From: an uncultured Eubacteriales bacterium
GTDB lineage: Bacteria > Acidobacteriota > Aminicenantia > Aminicenantales > Saccharicenantaceae
Assembly (NCBI GenBank): GCA_964652895.1
Contig: CAZZCH010000006.1
Span: 1 to 63,172 of the forward strand
Length of the DNA: 63,172 nucleotides
Reading direction: 5' to 3'
Part shown: one piece after another, positions 30,104 through 39,477 of the stretch
How positions within the stretch are numbered: position 1 is the first letter of the stretch
Layout of the letters: every line of letters starts with the position of its first letter
The notes under the pieces: model-generated
What the model was told of the DNA's origin: nothing
What the model saw: only the letters and a program-made list of their open reading frames with translations
The model's database searches: none
Program-made: the position numbers and the translations under genes

Positions 30104-31549
30104 ATGAACGATTCCCCGAATAGGGCCCCGGGCGGCGGACGCTCCAATTTTCCCGTCCTTACGGACGCCCAGGGCCGCAGGATGCATGCGGCTTGCCTCG
30201 AGATCCTGGAGCGGGTCGGTGTCCGGCTGTATCTCGACGAAGCCGTCGAGCTGATGAGGAAAGCCGGCGCCCGCGTCTCCGACGGAAATCTCGTCCGCAT
30301 CTCCGCGAAGCTCGTGGAGCAGGCCCTCGAAACCGTTCCCAGGCAGGTGGTCCTCTACGACCGCGGCGGCCGGGCCGTCATGCCCGTGGGCGGATATCGC
30401 TCGTTTTACGGACCGGGTTCCGACTGCCTGAACATCGTCGACCACCGGACAGGCGAACGGCGGAAGGCCGTCGTCAAGGACGTCGAGGAGGGCAGCTCGA
30501 TCTGCGACGCCCTGCCCCATGTCGATTATGTCATGTCCATGGTCCTTCCCTCCGATGTCGACGGGACCGTCGCCGACCGCTTCCAGATGGAAGCGATGCT
30601 GTCGTCCACGATCAAACCCATCATCTATGTGACCTACGACGCGTCGGGCTGCCGGGACGCCGTCGAAATGGCCGAAGCCGTCATGGGCGGGGCGGAAGCC
30701 CTGCGGAAAACTCCCCTCGTCGCCTGCTACATCAACGCGATTTCGGGTCTCCGGCACAATAAAGAGGCCTTGGAGAAACTCCTCTTCCTGGCCGGGAAAA
30801 ACCTGCCTTCGCTGTATATCCCGTCCTCCACGGCCGCGGCCACCAGCCCGGTGACTCCGGCCGGCTCCGTCGCCCTGGATTTCGCCGGCGTCCTGGCCGG
30901 GCTCGTGCTCGCCCAGTTGAAGAGGGAAGGGGCGCCCGTCATCGTGCCGGGAATGCCGGCCGGCGGCACCCTGGACATGAAGTCGTTCGTCAGTTCCTAC
31001 GCCGAGCCGGAGCGCACGCTGACCACGGCCCTGGCCCATTTTTACGGGCTGCCCATGTTCGCCATTGCCGGGGCGTCGGAATCCAAAGTCGTCGATGAGC
31101 AGGCCGCCGCTGAAGCCGCCCTTACCCTGGCCGTGGAAACGTTCGCCGGAAGCAACATCATCCACGACCTCGGTTATTTGGAGTCGGGGCTAACGTTCTC
31201 TTTTGCCCAGCTCGTCATCTGCCACGAGATCGTCGGCTGGCTCAAAGCCTTCAGCAAGGGATACGAAGTGGACGACGAAACCCTGGCCCTGGACGTCATC
31301 GCCGAACTCGGCCCGGACGGCGATTTCTTGAACACCGACCACACTCTCGAGCATTTCCGCGAGCGCTGGTACCCCACGGTCTTCGAGCGGGTGAATTTCG
31401 AGACCTGGCGGAAGAAGGGCGGCAAGATGTGCGCCGAGCGGGCGTCGGAGACGGTCGGCCGGATCCTCTCCGAACATCGCCCGGAACCCTTGCCGGCGGA
31501 GATCCGGGATAAGCTCCGGGATATCGTCCGAAGAGCCAAGGCCGAGTAA
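30104..31549 (+). CDS. Trimethylamine methyltransferase (MttB) superfamily protein, non-pyrrolysine type
   Basis: Trimmed to ATG 30104 after AAGGAGA, 481 aa. The N-terminus (LTDAQGRRMHAACLEILERVGVRLYLDEAVELMRKAGARV) and overall length are typical of the MttB family. The frame is uninterrupted (no in-frame TAG). Confidence 0.8.
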   Translation: MNDSPNRAPGGGRSNFPVLTDAQGRRMHAACLEILERVGVRLYLDEAVELMRKAGARVSDGNLVRISAKLVEQALETVPRQVVLYDRGGRAVMPVGGYRSFYGPGSDCLNIVDHRTGERRKAVVKDVEEGSSICDALPHVDYVMSMVLPSDVDGTVADRFQMEAMLSSTIKPIIYVTYDASGCRDAVEMAEAVMGGAEALRKTPLVACYINAISGLRHNKEALEKLLFLAGKNLPSLYIPSSTAAATSPVTPAGSVALDFAGVLAGLVLAQLKREGAPVIVPGMPAGGTLDMKSFVSSYAEPERTLTTALAHFYGLPMFAIAGASESKVVDEQAAAEAALTLAVETFAGSNIIHDLGYLESGLTFSFAQLVICHEIVGWLKAFSKGYEVDDETLALDVIAELGPDGDFLNTDHTLEHFRERWYPTVFERVNFETWRKKGGKMCAERASETVGRILSEHRPEPLPAEIRDKLRDIVRRAKAE

Positions 31550-31614
31550 CGCTCCCCGGCGACATCAACGGATCGTTGACATCGGCCCGCGCGCGACGCT
31601 ATAGTCGTCTCACC

Positions 31615-32184
31615 ATGAAACACAACGCCCTCGCCGTCTTGGCTGTTCTCGGCATCGGTGCGCTCGTCGCCTTCGCCCGGCAACCCCGGCCGCAGGGACA
31701 AGCGGCCACGCCCGGGAAGGCCGAAGTCTGCGTCATGACCACGAGCTTGGGGACGATGGTCTTCGCGTTTTTCGAGGCCGATGCGCCCAAGACCGTCGCC
31801 CAATTCAAAGACCTTGTCCGAAAAGGATTTTATGACGGCAAGGACTTCTACAGGGTCGTCCGCGGCCACGTGATACAGGCCGGAGGCGGCGATGCGCCCA
31901 ATCTGCCGCCCGAATTCAACACCCGGCCGCACGTCGTCGGCACACTGGGATTGGGCCGGACGGGAGACGAGTGGAGCGGCGATTCCGAGATCTACATCTG
32001 TGTCGCGCCGCGGCCCCACCTTGACGGCAGGTATACGGTGTTCGGCCAGCTGGTCGAGGGCTCCGATGTCCTCGAAAAGATCGCCGCCGTCCCCGTCGAA
32101 GAGCGATGGGAGGGGCCTGACAAGAAGATGGCCATGCACAAGCCGCTCGAACCGGTCGTCATCCGCAGCGCCCTGATTAAATAG
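31615..32184 (+). CDS. Cyclophilin-type peptidyl-prolyl cis-trans isomerase, secreted
   Basis: Trimmed to ATG 31615, 189 aa. Signal peptide MKHNALAVLAVLGIGALVAFA. FFEADAPKTVAQFKDLVRKGFYDG..FYRVV...HLDGRYTVFGQLVEGSDVLEKI. Confidence 0.9.
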   Translation: MKHNALAVLAVLGIGALVAFARQPRPQGQAATPGKAEVCVMTTSLGTMVFAFFEADAPKTVAQFKDLVRKGFYDGKDFYRVVRGHVIQAGGGDAPNLPPEFNTRPHVVGTLGLGRTGDEWSGDSEIYICVAPRPHLDGRYTVFGQLVEGSDVLEKIAAVPVEERWEGPDKKMAMHKPLEPVVIRSALIK

Positions 32185-32238
32185 GGGGACACAATACCAA
32201 TTTCCGAATTTAAATTCGGAAATTGGTATTGTGTCCCC
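32185..32238. repeat. 54-bp perfect palindrome GGGGACACAATACCAATTTCCGAATTT|AAATTCGGAAATTGGTATTGTGTCCCC between convergent genes (possible bidirectional terminator)
   Basis: 27-nt arms are exact reverse complements with no spacer. It starts 1 nt after the cyclophilin stop and ends 3 nt before the potD stop. Its first 19 nt recur at 60244-60262. Confidence 0.9.
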
Positions 32239-32241
32239 GAA

Positions 32242-33291
32242 TTAGCGGGCGGACTTGAGGCGGTCCCAGACCTTGACGTAGAGGGCGTTGGCCGGGCCGA
32301 TGTCGGCGATCATCTCGCTCCGGGCCCGGATTTCCGGTTCGAGAAAAATGCCCGGGTTGTCGCGGATCTCGGCCGAGAGCAGGGGGTAGGAATCCTTGTT
32401 CGGGCAGAGGTAGCAAATGAACTCCGTGTTCTCGGCGGCGACCGCCGGGTCGTGGAGGAAATTGATGAAAGCGTGGGCCAGGGCGACTTTGCGGGCGTCG
32501 GCCGGGATGACCAGGTCGTCGCAGGAGATGATCGTCCCTTCCTCGGGGACGAAAAAACGGACGTCCGGGTTTTCTTTTTGGACCTGGAAAACATCGCCGT
32601 TCCAAGCGTGGACGAGGAGGAACTCGCCCGAGGCCAAGCCGATCTTGTACTGCTCGTTCTCGAACTTGGCCAGGTTCTTCTTCCACTCGAGGAGGAGCGT
32701 CTCCGCTTCGGCCAGCTCGGCCTGGCTCGTCGTGTTGATGCTGTGGCCCAGGCACTTGAGGGCAGCGCCGATCGTTTCACGCATGTCGTTGAACATCGTC
32801 ATCCGGCCGCGGAGATCGGCCCGGCCGAACATCCGCCAGGAGGGGACGACGTTCTCCACCCGTCCCTCGAGATAGGCGATGCCGGTGTTGGTGATCATGT
32901 AGGGGACGGAATGGTCCATCGCCTTGTCCGCGGCGATGGACAGGTAATCGGGATCGACGTGGACGAGGTTGGGAAGGAGGCTCCGGTCGAGCTTCCGGAG
33001 CATGTTTTGGCCGTGCATGAGGCTGACCATGTAGCTCGATGGCGTGAGCAGATCGTAGCCCGACGCCCCGGCTTTGAGCTTGGCGTACATGGCCTCGTTT
33101 GACTCGAAGGTGTCCAGGACGACGCGGCAAACGTGCTCGCGCTCGAACCGCCGGATGAGCTCGGGCTTGATGTAGTCGGACCAGGTGTAGAGGCTGAGGA
33201 CGGGCCTGGATTTCCCGCAGCCTGCCGTCGTCAAGCAAATGGCGAGGGCGCAGACGGCGGCCGCAAGATAGATCCCGCTTCGGTGGCTCAT
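32242..33291 (-). CDS. potD: Spermidine/putrescine ABC transporter substrate-binding lipoprotein
   Basis: Trimmed to ATG 33289-33291 (MSHRSGIYLAAAVCALAICLTTAGC, lipobox), 349 aa. PotD/PotF-family pattern; last gene of the potABCD-order operon. Confidence 0.88.
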   Translation of the reverse strand: MSHRSGIYLAAAVCALAICLTTAGCGKSRPVLSLYTWSDYIKPELIRRFEREHVCRVVLDTFESNEAMYAKLKAGASGYDLLTPSSYMVSLMHGQNMLRKLDRSLLPNLVHVDPDYLSIAADKAMDHSVPYMITNTGIAYLEGRVENVVPSWRMFGRADLRGRMTMFNDMRETIGAALKCLGHSINTTSQAELAEAETLLLEWKKNLAKFENEQYKIGLASGEFLLVHAWNGDVFQVQKENPDVRFFVPEEGTIISCDDLVIPADARKVALAHAFINFLHDPAVAAENTEFICYLCPNKDSYPLLSAEIRDNPGIFLEPEIRARSEMIADIGPANALYVKVWDRLKSAR

Positions 33292-33433
33292 ACACTTTTC
33301 CTGGGACCCTCTATATAACAAGCGGGTCATCTTTTCAACCTGACGCGCCCGGCGAATCGGCTTCACGATATCCGGAAAATTTACAGGACACGATCCCTTT
33401 TCAAGAGAAAAGAGGACTGTCCCAAATTTTTCC

Positions 33434-34228
33434 TCATGTCTCGGGATTCCCGGCGCTATTTCGACGATTAGTGAGCCGTTGGCTCACAAGGACGGCGGTC
33501 AGCGTCACGGCGAGGAGGAGCGTCGATAGGGCGTTGATCATCGGCGGCGCGCCGTACTTGATCATGCTGTAGATGCGCAGCGGCAGGGTCGTCGAGCCCG
33601 GCCCGGCGACGAAGAAGGTGATGACGAAGTCGTCGACCGACAGAGTGAAGGCGAGCAGGGCGCCGGCGACGATCCCCGGCAAGAGCATGGGGATCAGGAC
33701 CTTTCGGGCGCTCTGCCAGGGGCTTGCGCCGAGGTCCCGGGCCGCCTCGATCACCGAGAAATCGAAATCCTGAAGCCGGCCGAGCACGGTCATGGCCACG
33801 TAGCTGACGCAAAAAGTGACGTGGGCCAGGAAGATCGTGAACAGCCCCAACGGGACGCCGGCCGCGACGAAAAACATCAGGAGGCTGATGCCCATCAGGA
33901 TCTCAGGCACGACGAGGGGCGTGTAGATCAGGGTGTAGTGGACGCGCTGGAGGCGGCTCGAAGCGTAGCGATGAAGGGCGAATGCCGCCGCCGTCCCCAG
34001 GACGACCGACATGGCCGTGACGGAAACGGCGATGATGAGCGTATTCTTCAACGCCTGCCAGACCTCGGGGGACTCGAAGAGCCGGGCGTACCAGACGAGC
34101 GAGAAACCCTGCCAGCGGCTGGAGAACCGGGCCAGGTTGAAGGAGTTGACGACGAGAATGAGGATCGGCAGGTAGAAAAAGGCCAGGACGAGGGCCGTCG
34201 CGACGAGTGGAAAGCGGCTTCTCCTCAC
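33434..34228 (-). CDS. potC: Spermidine/putrescine ABC transporter permease
   Basis: 264 aa with 6 TMs and the EAA loop (IEAARDLGASPWQSARKVLIPMLLPG). 4-nt overlap with potB. Confidence 0.9.
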   Translation of the reverse strand: MRRSRFPLVATALVLAFFYLPILILVVNSFNLARFSSRWQGFSLVWYARLFESPEVWQALKNTLIIAVSVTAMSVVLGTAAAFALHRYASSRLQRVHYTLIYTPLVVPEILMGISLLMFFVAAGVPLGLFTIFLAHVTFCVSYVAMTVLGRLQDFDFSVIEAARDLGASPWQSARKVLIPMLLPGIVAGALLAFTLSVDDFVITFFVAGPGSTTLPLRIYSMIKYGAPPMINALSTLLLAVTLTAVLVSQRLTNRRNSAGNPET

Positions 34229-35100
34229 GGCGCTTCGCCCATGATGATATCGGACTTCTTGGCCTTGCGCTGGAGGGCGAGGACGGCGATGAGGGGCGCG
34301 AGCACGGCCAGGACGAGGACGGCCGACAGGGCGCTCGCGTGGGGCAGGTTGCGGTCCGTGAAGACCCGCTGGGCGATCTTGTTCCCCAGCATCTCACCGG
34401 ACGGGCCGCCGACGAGGTCGGGGATGATGTAGGACCCGAGGGCGGGGATGAAGACGACGAGGAACGCGGTCAGGAGTCCGCGGCGGATCCCCGGGAGGAA
34501 AACCAGGCGGAAGGCTTGGAAGGGGCGAGCCCCCAGGTCGCGGGCCGCCTCGACCAACCGGAAATCGAATTTTTCGGCGGCCGCGTAGATGGGCAGGATA
34601 GTGAACGGCAGGAACGTATAGACCATGACCAGGACGACGGCCGTCGGATTATATAGGAGTGTCGACTCCGCCCCGACGAGCCCCAGCGCTTCAAGGGCTT
34701 TCTTGATCAATCCCTCGGGGTGGAGGAGGGATTTCCAGGCGAAGACGCGCACGAGAAAGCTCGTCCAGAAGGGGATGATGACCAGCATGAGCAGCCGGTT
34801 CCTCCACCTCTTCGAGGCCCGGGCGATGGAGTAGGCCGTGGGCAGGGCCAGGACGAGGCAGATAACCGTGGTCAGGAGGCTGATCCAGAGCGTCCGCCAG
34901 GCAATGGCCAGATAGCTCGGGGTCCAGAGGGAACGGATGTTGTCCAGGGTCCATCCGCCGCCGATCCCGCCGTAGGGATTGGCCGGCCGGAAGGCGATGA
35001 CGAAAACGAGGACGGTCGGGACGACGATGAACAGCCCGAGCCAAACCAAGGTGGGCAGGGAGGTCAGCCATTCGGTCCAGCGGCGATGTTTGCTATCCAT
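34225..35100 (-). CDS. potB: Spermidine/putrescine ABC transporter permease
   Basis: 291 aa with the EAA loop (VEAARDLGARPFQAFRLVFLPGIRRG). Follows potA by 1 nt. Confidence 0.9.
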   Translation of the reverse strand: MDSKHRRWTEWLTSLPTLVWLGLFIVVPTVLVFVIAFRPANPYGGIGGGWTLDNIRSLWTPSYLAIAWRTLWISLLTTVICLVLALPTAYSIARASKRWRNRLLMLVIIPFWTSFLVRVFAWKSLLHPEGLIKKALEALGLVGAESTLLYNPTAVVLVMVYTFLPFTILPIYAAAEKFDFRLVEAARDLGARPFQAFRLVFLPGIRRGLLTAFLVVFIPALGSYIIPDLVGGPSGEMLGNKIAQRVFTDRNLPHASALSAVLVLAVLAPLIAVLALQRKAKKSDIIMGEAP

Positions 35101-35101
35101 C

Positions 35102-36250
35102 TTAATCGCCGACGCTCTGCGGTGGCACGGCCAGCAAGCCCTCGTCCGCTTTCCGGAAGTGGTCGAGCATGAAGCCGTCGTCGGCGTGCCACCAGATCCA
35201 TGCTTCGTCCTTCCAGCGGAGCGGTTTCTCGTCGAGGAAATAGCGGGCGTGCTGGCGGAAGACCTGGATCCTGTAACCGCCGGCCCGGACCCAGTATCTC
35301 GTATTTGAGCCGAGGTAGATGACGTCCTCGATGACGGCGGGGAGGTAATTCCGCTGGGGTTTCTCCTCGGGCCTTTCCAGGGAGATGTGGATCTTCTCCG
35401 GCCGGATACTGAGAAAAATGGGCTGTCCGGGCTGGAGCGACTTGTCGTTGAAGCAGAGGATCTCCGGGAGCCCGGAGATGGCCAGGCGGCAGTACTCGCG
35501 ATCCGGGCAGGCCTCGACCCGGCCTTCGAGGAAGTTCGTGTCGCCGATAAAAGCCGCGACGAAGCTCGTCCGCGGGGACTCGTAGATCTCGGCCGGCGCG
35601 CCGACTTGCTCGATGCGGCCGCCGTCCATGACTGCGATGCGGTCGCTCAGGCTCATGGCCTCGGCTTGGTCATGAGTGACGTAGAGAAAAGTGATGCCGA
35701 CTTGATCGTGGATGAGGTCGAGCTCGATGAGCATTTTTTGGCGGAGCTTGAGGTCGAGCGCGGCCAAGGGCTCGTCGAGGAGGAGGACGTCGGGCTTGTT
35801 GATAAGGGCCCGGGCCACCGCAACGCGCTGCTTCTGTCCACCGGAGAGCTGATCGGGCTTCTTGTCCGCTTGGTGGGTCATCTGAATGAGTTCGAGCATC
35901 TTGTCGACCTCGACTCGGATCTCCGCCTTGGGGCGTTTGGCGATGGCCAAGCCGAAGCCGATGTTGTCGCGGACGGTCATGTGGGGGAAGAGGGCGTAGC
36001 TCTGGAAGATCGTGTTGACTTTGCGCTTGTCGGGGGGAAGGTCGGTGATGTCCCGGCTGTCGAGGAAGACGCGGCCCGCATCCGGCTCCTCGAAGCCGGC
36101 GGCCAGGCGCAGCATGGTCGTCTTGCCGCAGCCGCTCGGACCGAGCAGGGAGAAAAATTCTCCCTTCTTGATCTCGAGGGAAACGCCGTCGACTGCTTGG
36201 ACGGCCCCGAACCGTTTGGAGACTCCCCGGAATTCGAGGAACTCAGCCAA
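35102..36250 (-). CDS. potA: Spermidine/putrescine ABC transporter ATPase
   Basis: 382 aa. TTG start with AAGGAG upstream. Walker A GPSGCGKTT, signature LSGGQKQRVAVARAL, Walker B LLLDEP, and a C-terminal TOBE-like domain. Confidence 0.92.
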   Translation of the reverse strand: MAEFLEFRGVSKRFGAVQAVDGVSLEIKKGEFFSLLGPSGCGKTTMLRLAAGFEEPDAGRVFLDSRDITDLPPDKRKVNTIFQSYALFPHMTVRDNIGFGLAIAKRPKAEIRVEVDKMLELIQMTHQADKKPDQLSGGQKQRVAVARALINKPDVLLLDEPLAALDLKLRQKMLIELDLIHDQVGITFLYVTHDQAEAMSLSDRIAVMDGGRIEQVGAPAEIYESPRTSFVAAFIGDTNFLEGRVEACPDREYCRLAISGLPEILCFNDKSLQPGQPIFLSIRPEKIHISLERPEEKPQRNYLPAVIEDVIYLGSNTRYWVRAGGYRIQVFRQHARYFLDEKPLRWKDEAWIWWHADDGFMLDHFRKADEGLLAVPPQSVGD

Positions 36251-36375
36251 CGAAGGGACGCTCCTTTGGCGGTAAGCAAAAGGAGCGACGGGGCGTTGGC
36301 GTGTTCAAGTCCGCTTCATTATGGGAAAAACGGACTGAGAATTCAAGCCTTTCGCTCTCCGTTTCCGTCCCGGGC

Positions 36376-39300
36376 TTAAAACTTATCGGCGTTGAACCCG
36401 AACCGGGTCTTGACCCGCCGTACCACGGAATCCGAGATGGAATAGAACGTCGGCAGGAAAATGAGCGTGAAGAAGGTCGACGTCGTCAGCCCGCCGACGA
36501 TGGCCACCGAGATCGGCGCCCACATCTGGGCCCGCTGCCCGACGCCCTTGAAAAGGCTCGGGAACATGTAGGGCAGGGCGAGCGGCAGGACGCCGAGGAT
36601 GGTCGTGATGGCCGTCATCAGGATGGGCCGGATACGGTCCTTTCCTCCCTGGACGATGGCCTCGTCCTTGCTCAAGCCGGAGAAGCGCAGGGTCCGGATG
36701 TGGTGGATGAGGATGATGCCGTTGTTGACGACGATACCGAAGAGGGTCAGTATGCCCAGGTAGGAGGTCGTGTTCAGGGTGATGTGGGTCAGCGTGAACA
36801 TGACGGCGACGCCGAAGATCGCCGGCGGCACGATGAGCAGGATGGTGAAGGGGTGGACGAACGATTCGAAGAGCGAGGCCATGATGATGTAGATGAACAA
36901 CAGGGCCAGGATGATGGCCAGGGTCGTTTCCCCCTGGGACTCCTGGAAGCGGCGGAAGCCCTCGCCCAAGCCCCAGGTGTAGCCCTCCGGGAAGGCCACG
37001 GAGTTCATAACTTTGGTGATATCCGCTGAGAGGGCCATCATCCCCTGGGTTTTCGTGTTGACCTGGATGCTGAGTTTGGACTTTTTGTTCTCCTTGCGGA
37101 TGGACGATGAGCCGAGGCGATAGGACAGGTTCGAGATGGCCGAGATGGGGACGGACTTGGCCTGCGTCCGAAGGCTGATGTTCTTGAGGTCCTCCTCGCT
37201 GAAGCCGTCCTCCGACTGGATCTTCATGATGATGTCGATCTCGCGGTTCTCGGTCTTGAACTTGCCGATAGCCCTGTCCGACAGCGACGAGGACACGGTT
37301 TGGGCGATGAGACGGCTGTTGACACCCAGGTTTTCGGCCTTGGCCCTGTCGACTTGCACGAGGAGTTGGGTATCGCCGCCCTCGAGGTCGCTGGTGACGT
37401 CCTCGACGTTGGGGACGGCCTTGAGGCGGTCGATGATCCCCGGAACGAGCTCGGTCAGCTTGGTGAAGTCCATGCCGATGAGGTCTACGGACAGGCCGCG
37501 GCCGAAGCCGCCGCGGCCGAAGCGCTGGCCGTACTCGTAGAGGATGCCGGCCTTGACGGGCAGGAGCGCCTTGAGCCTATCCCGGACTTCCGCGACCTGA
37601 GGGCCCTTGTCCGTGAGGGACAAGTTGATCGACCCCCGGTAGCGTCCCTGACGCATATTCCGGACCCCGAATTCGACGGTCAGGTGTTTGAGGGCAAGAT
37701 CGTCCTTGTGGCCGACCACGATCTTTTCGTATTCGGCGAACAGGGTGTTCATCTCTTCGAGCGAGAAGGTCCGGGGCATGTAGACCGACAGGCTGACCTC
37801 GCGCTCGTCGCTCGAGAACATGAGCTCTTTCTCGATGCTGTTGAGGAGGAGGTAGGAGGCGGCGAAGATCAGGACGGCCAGGCCGGCGACGAGGAGCTTC
37901 GTTTTCCAGGTGCTTATGGTGAAACGGATGACGCGCTCGTAGACCCTCGTGAGCTTGACCAGCCAGCGCGCCTTCTCCTTCATCTTTCCGGAGAGGAAGC
38001 GGCTGCCGGAAAGGGGGATGAAGGACAGCGAGACGAGGAGCGAGGCGATGAGAGCCAGCGAGATGGTCAGGGCGAAATCCCCCATGTAACGGCCGAAACC
38101 CGACTGGGACATGAACCCCAGCGAGACGAAGACGACGAGGGTCGAAAACGTCGCCGCCGTCACGGCTCCGGAAACCTCGCTCGCTCCCTGGAGGGACGCC
38201 TGGAGCGGGCTCAGGCCTTTTTCCTGCCTCAGCCGGAAGATGTTCTCCAGGACGACGACGCTGTTGTCGACGAGCATGCCGACCGCCATCATCAGGCCGG
38301 AGAGCGAGATGATGTTGATGGAGATATTGGCCCGGAAGATGGCCCGGTAGAGATACATGAAGCTGAAGGTAAAGACCATGGCGATGGGGATGGCCGTGGC
38401 GATGATGAAAGTCGTTCGAACCTTGCGGAGGAAGAAGAGGAGGACGATGACGGCCAGGATTCCCCCGATGATCCCCGACCAGCTCAGGTCCTTCAGGCTC
38501 TTGAGGATGTCCTCGGACTGGTCCCGGTAGTAGACGACCGACATGTCGCTGAGGTTCGGTTCAGTCGCCTTGATCCGGGTCATCGCCTCCTTGACCTTCC
38601 GGCAGACGTCGACGATGTTGGCGTTCGAGGCTCGGTAGATCTCGAAGCGGACGGTCTCCCGGCCGTCCATGCGATTGTAATCCTCTTTGACGGGGTAGTC
38701 GTAGGTCACGCGGGCGACGTCGCCGACGGTCAGCCCTTGCTCGTTGACCGGGAGCGTCTTGACCTCGTCGAGGATCTTCAGTTCGCCGGGGATGCGGGCG
38801 GCGTAGCGCATCGAGCCCTCTTCTACGTAGCCCGCGGAGACATTGACGTTGTTGTTCAGGATCGTGTCGATGAGGTCGTTGATGCGGATGGACGAGGAGT
38901 AGAAGATCTCGGGTTTGAGGTAGACGTTGAGGACTTTGGCCCGGATGCCGCGGATGTCGACGTTGGCGACACCCTCGATCCGCTCGAGCTGCTGGGTGAT
39001 GTAGTATTCTGACCAATAGTAGAGGTCGTCGAGGTCGCCGGGCATGGAGATGCTGAAGTTGATGACCGGCCGGTCGTTCATGGAGAAGCGGCGGATGCGG
39101 ATCTGTTCGACGTCCCGGGGCAGGTTGCCGCGGATCTGGTCGATCTTGTCGCGGATCTGCATCGAGGCCAGGTCCATGTTCGTTCCGGTCTTGAACTGAA
39201 GGTTGATCGAGGCGCTCGAGGCCGAGGATGTGGAACTCAGGGTGTCCAGGTTGTTGACGGTGGACAGAATATCCTCGATGGGCCGGGTGATGACCCGCTC

Positions 39301-39477
39301 GACCTCCTCGGGAGACGAGGAGGGATAAGGGACCTGGACCATGAGGCCGGGGAAGGAGATGTCAGGCATCATCTCGAGGGGGAGCTTGAGGAGGGAGATC
39401 ACCCCGATGGTCAGGAAGACCAGCATGATGACAATGACAGAGACGGGCTTTTTGATGGAGAATTCGGAGAGATTCAT
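36376..39477 (-). CDS. RND efflux transporter, inner-membrane subunit (second of two tandem paralogs, MdtC position)
   Basis: 1033 aa. AcrB/AcrD/AcrF-family N-terminus (MNLSEFSIKKPVSVIVIML...) with a 12-TM / two-large-loop layout. 4-nt overlap with the upstream RND gene. Confidence 0.93.
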   Translation of the reverse strand: MNLSEFSIKKPVSVIVIMLVFLTIGVISLLKLPLEMMPDISFPGLMVQVPYPSSSPEEVERVITRPIEDILSTVNNLDTLSSTSSASSASINLQFKTGTNMDLASMQIRDKIDQIRGNLPRDVEQIRIRRFSMNDRPVINFSISMPGDLDDLYYWSEYYITQQLERIEGVANVDIRGIRAKVLNVYLKPEIFYSSSIRINDLIDTILNNNVNVSAGYVEEGSMRYAARIPGELKILDEVKTLPVNEQGLTVGDVARVTYDYPVKEDYNRMDGRETVRFEIYRASNANIVDVCRKVKEAMTRIKATEPNLSDMSVVYYRDQSEDILKSLKDLSWSGIIGGILAVIVLLFFLRKVRTTFIIATAIPIAMVFTFSFMYLYRAIFRANISINIISLSGLMMAVGMLVDNSVVVLENIFRLRQEKGLSPLQASLQGASEVSGAVTAATFSTLVVFVSLGFMSQSGFGRYMGDFALTISLALIASLLVSLSFIPLSGSRFLSGKMKEKARWLVKLTRVYERVIRFTISTWKTKLLVAGLAVLIFAASYLLLNSIEKELMFSSDEREVSLSVYMPRTFSLEEMNTLFAEYEKIVVGHKDDLALKHLTVEFGVRNMRQGRYRGSINLSLTDKGPQVAEVRDRLKALLPVKAGILYEYGQRFGRGGFGRGLSVDLIGMDFTKLTELVPGIIDRLKAVPNVEDVTSDLEGGDTQLLVQVDRAKAENLGVNSRLIAQTVSSSLSDRAIGKFKTENREIDIIMKIQSEDGFSEEDLKNISLRTQAKSVPISAISNLSYRLGSSSIRKENKKSKLSIQVNTKTQGMMALSADITKVMNSVAFPEGYTWGLGEGFRRFQESQGETTLAIILALLFIYIIMASLFESFVHPFTILLIVPPAIFGVAVMFTLTHITLNTTSYLGILTLFGIVVNNGIILIHHIRTLRFSGLSKDEAIVQGGKDRIRPILMTAITTILGVLPLALPYMFPSLFKGVGQRAQMWAPISVAIVGGLTTSTFFTLIFLPTFYSISDSVVRRVKTRFGFNADKF

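Noticed and set aside
37300-39012. Very long ORFs antisense to, or out of frame with, the called genes. Examples are 37300-39012 (570 aa), 1435-2145, 15353-16579, 39690-40991, 41394-42752, 44620-46041, 50353-51621, 57515-60067, 62363-63115 and 28848-30107.
   Set aside because: Their products are Arg/Gly/Asp/Pro/Glu-rich low-complexity strings with no motifs. They exactly shadow genes with clear family signatures on the other strand or frame. This is the usual artefact of high GC content, which depletes stop codons.
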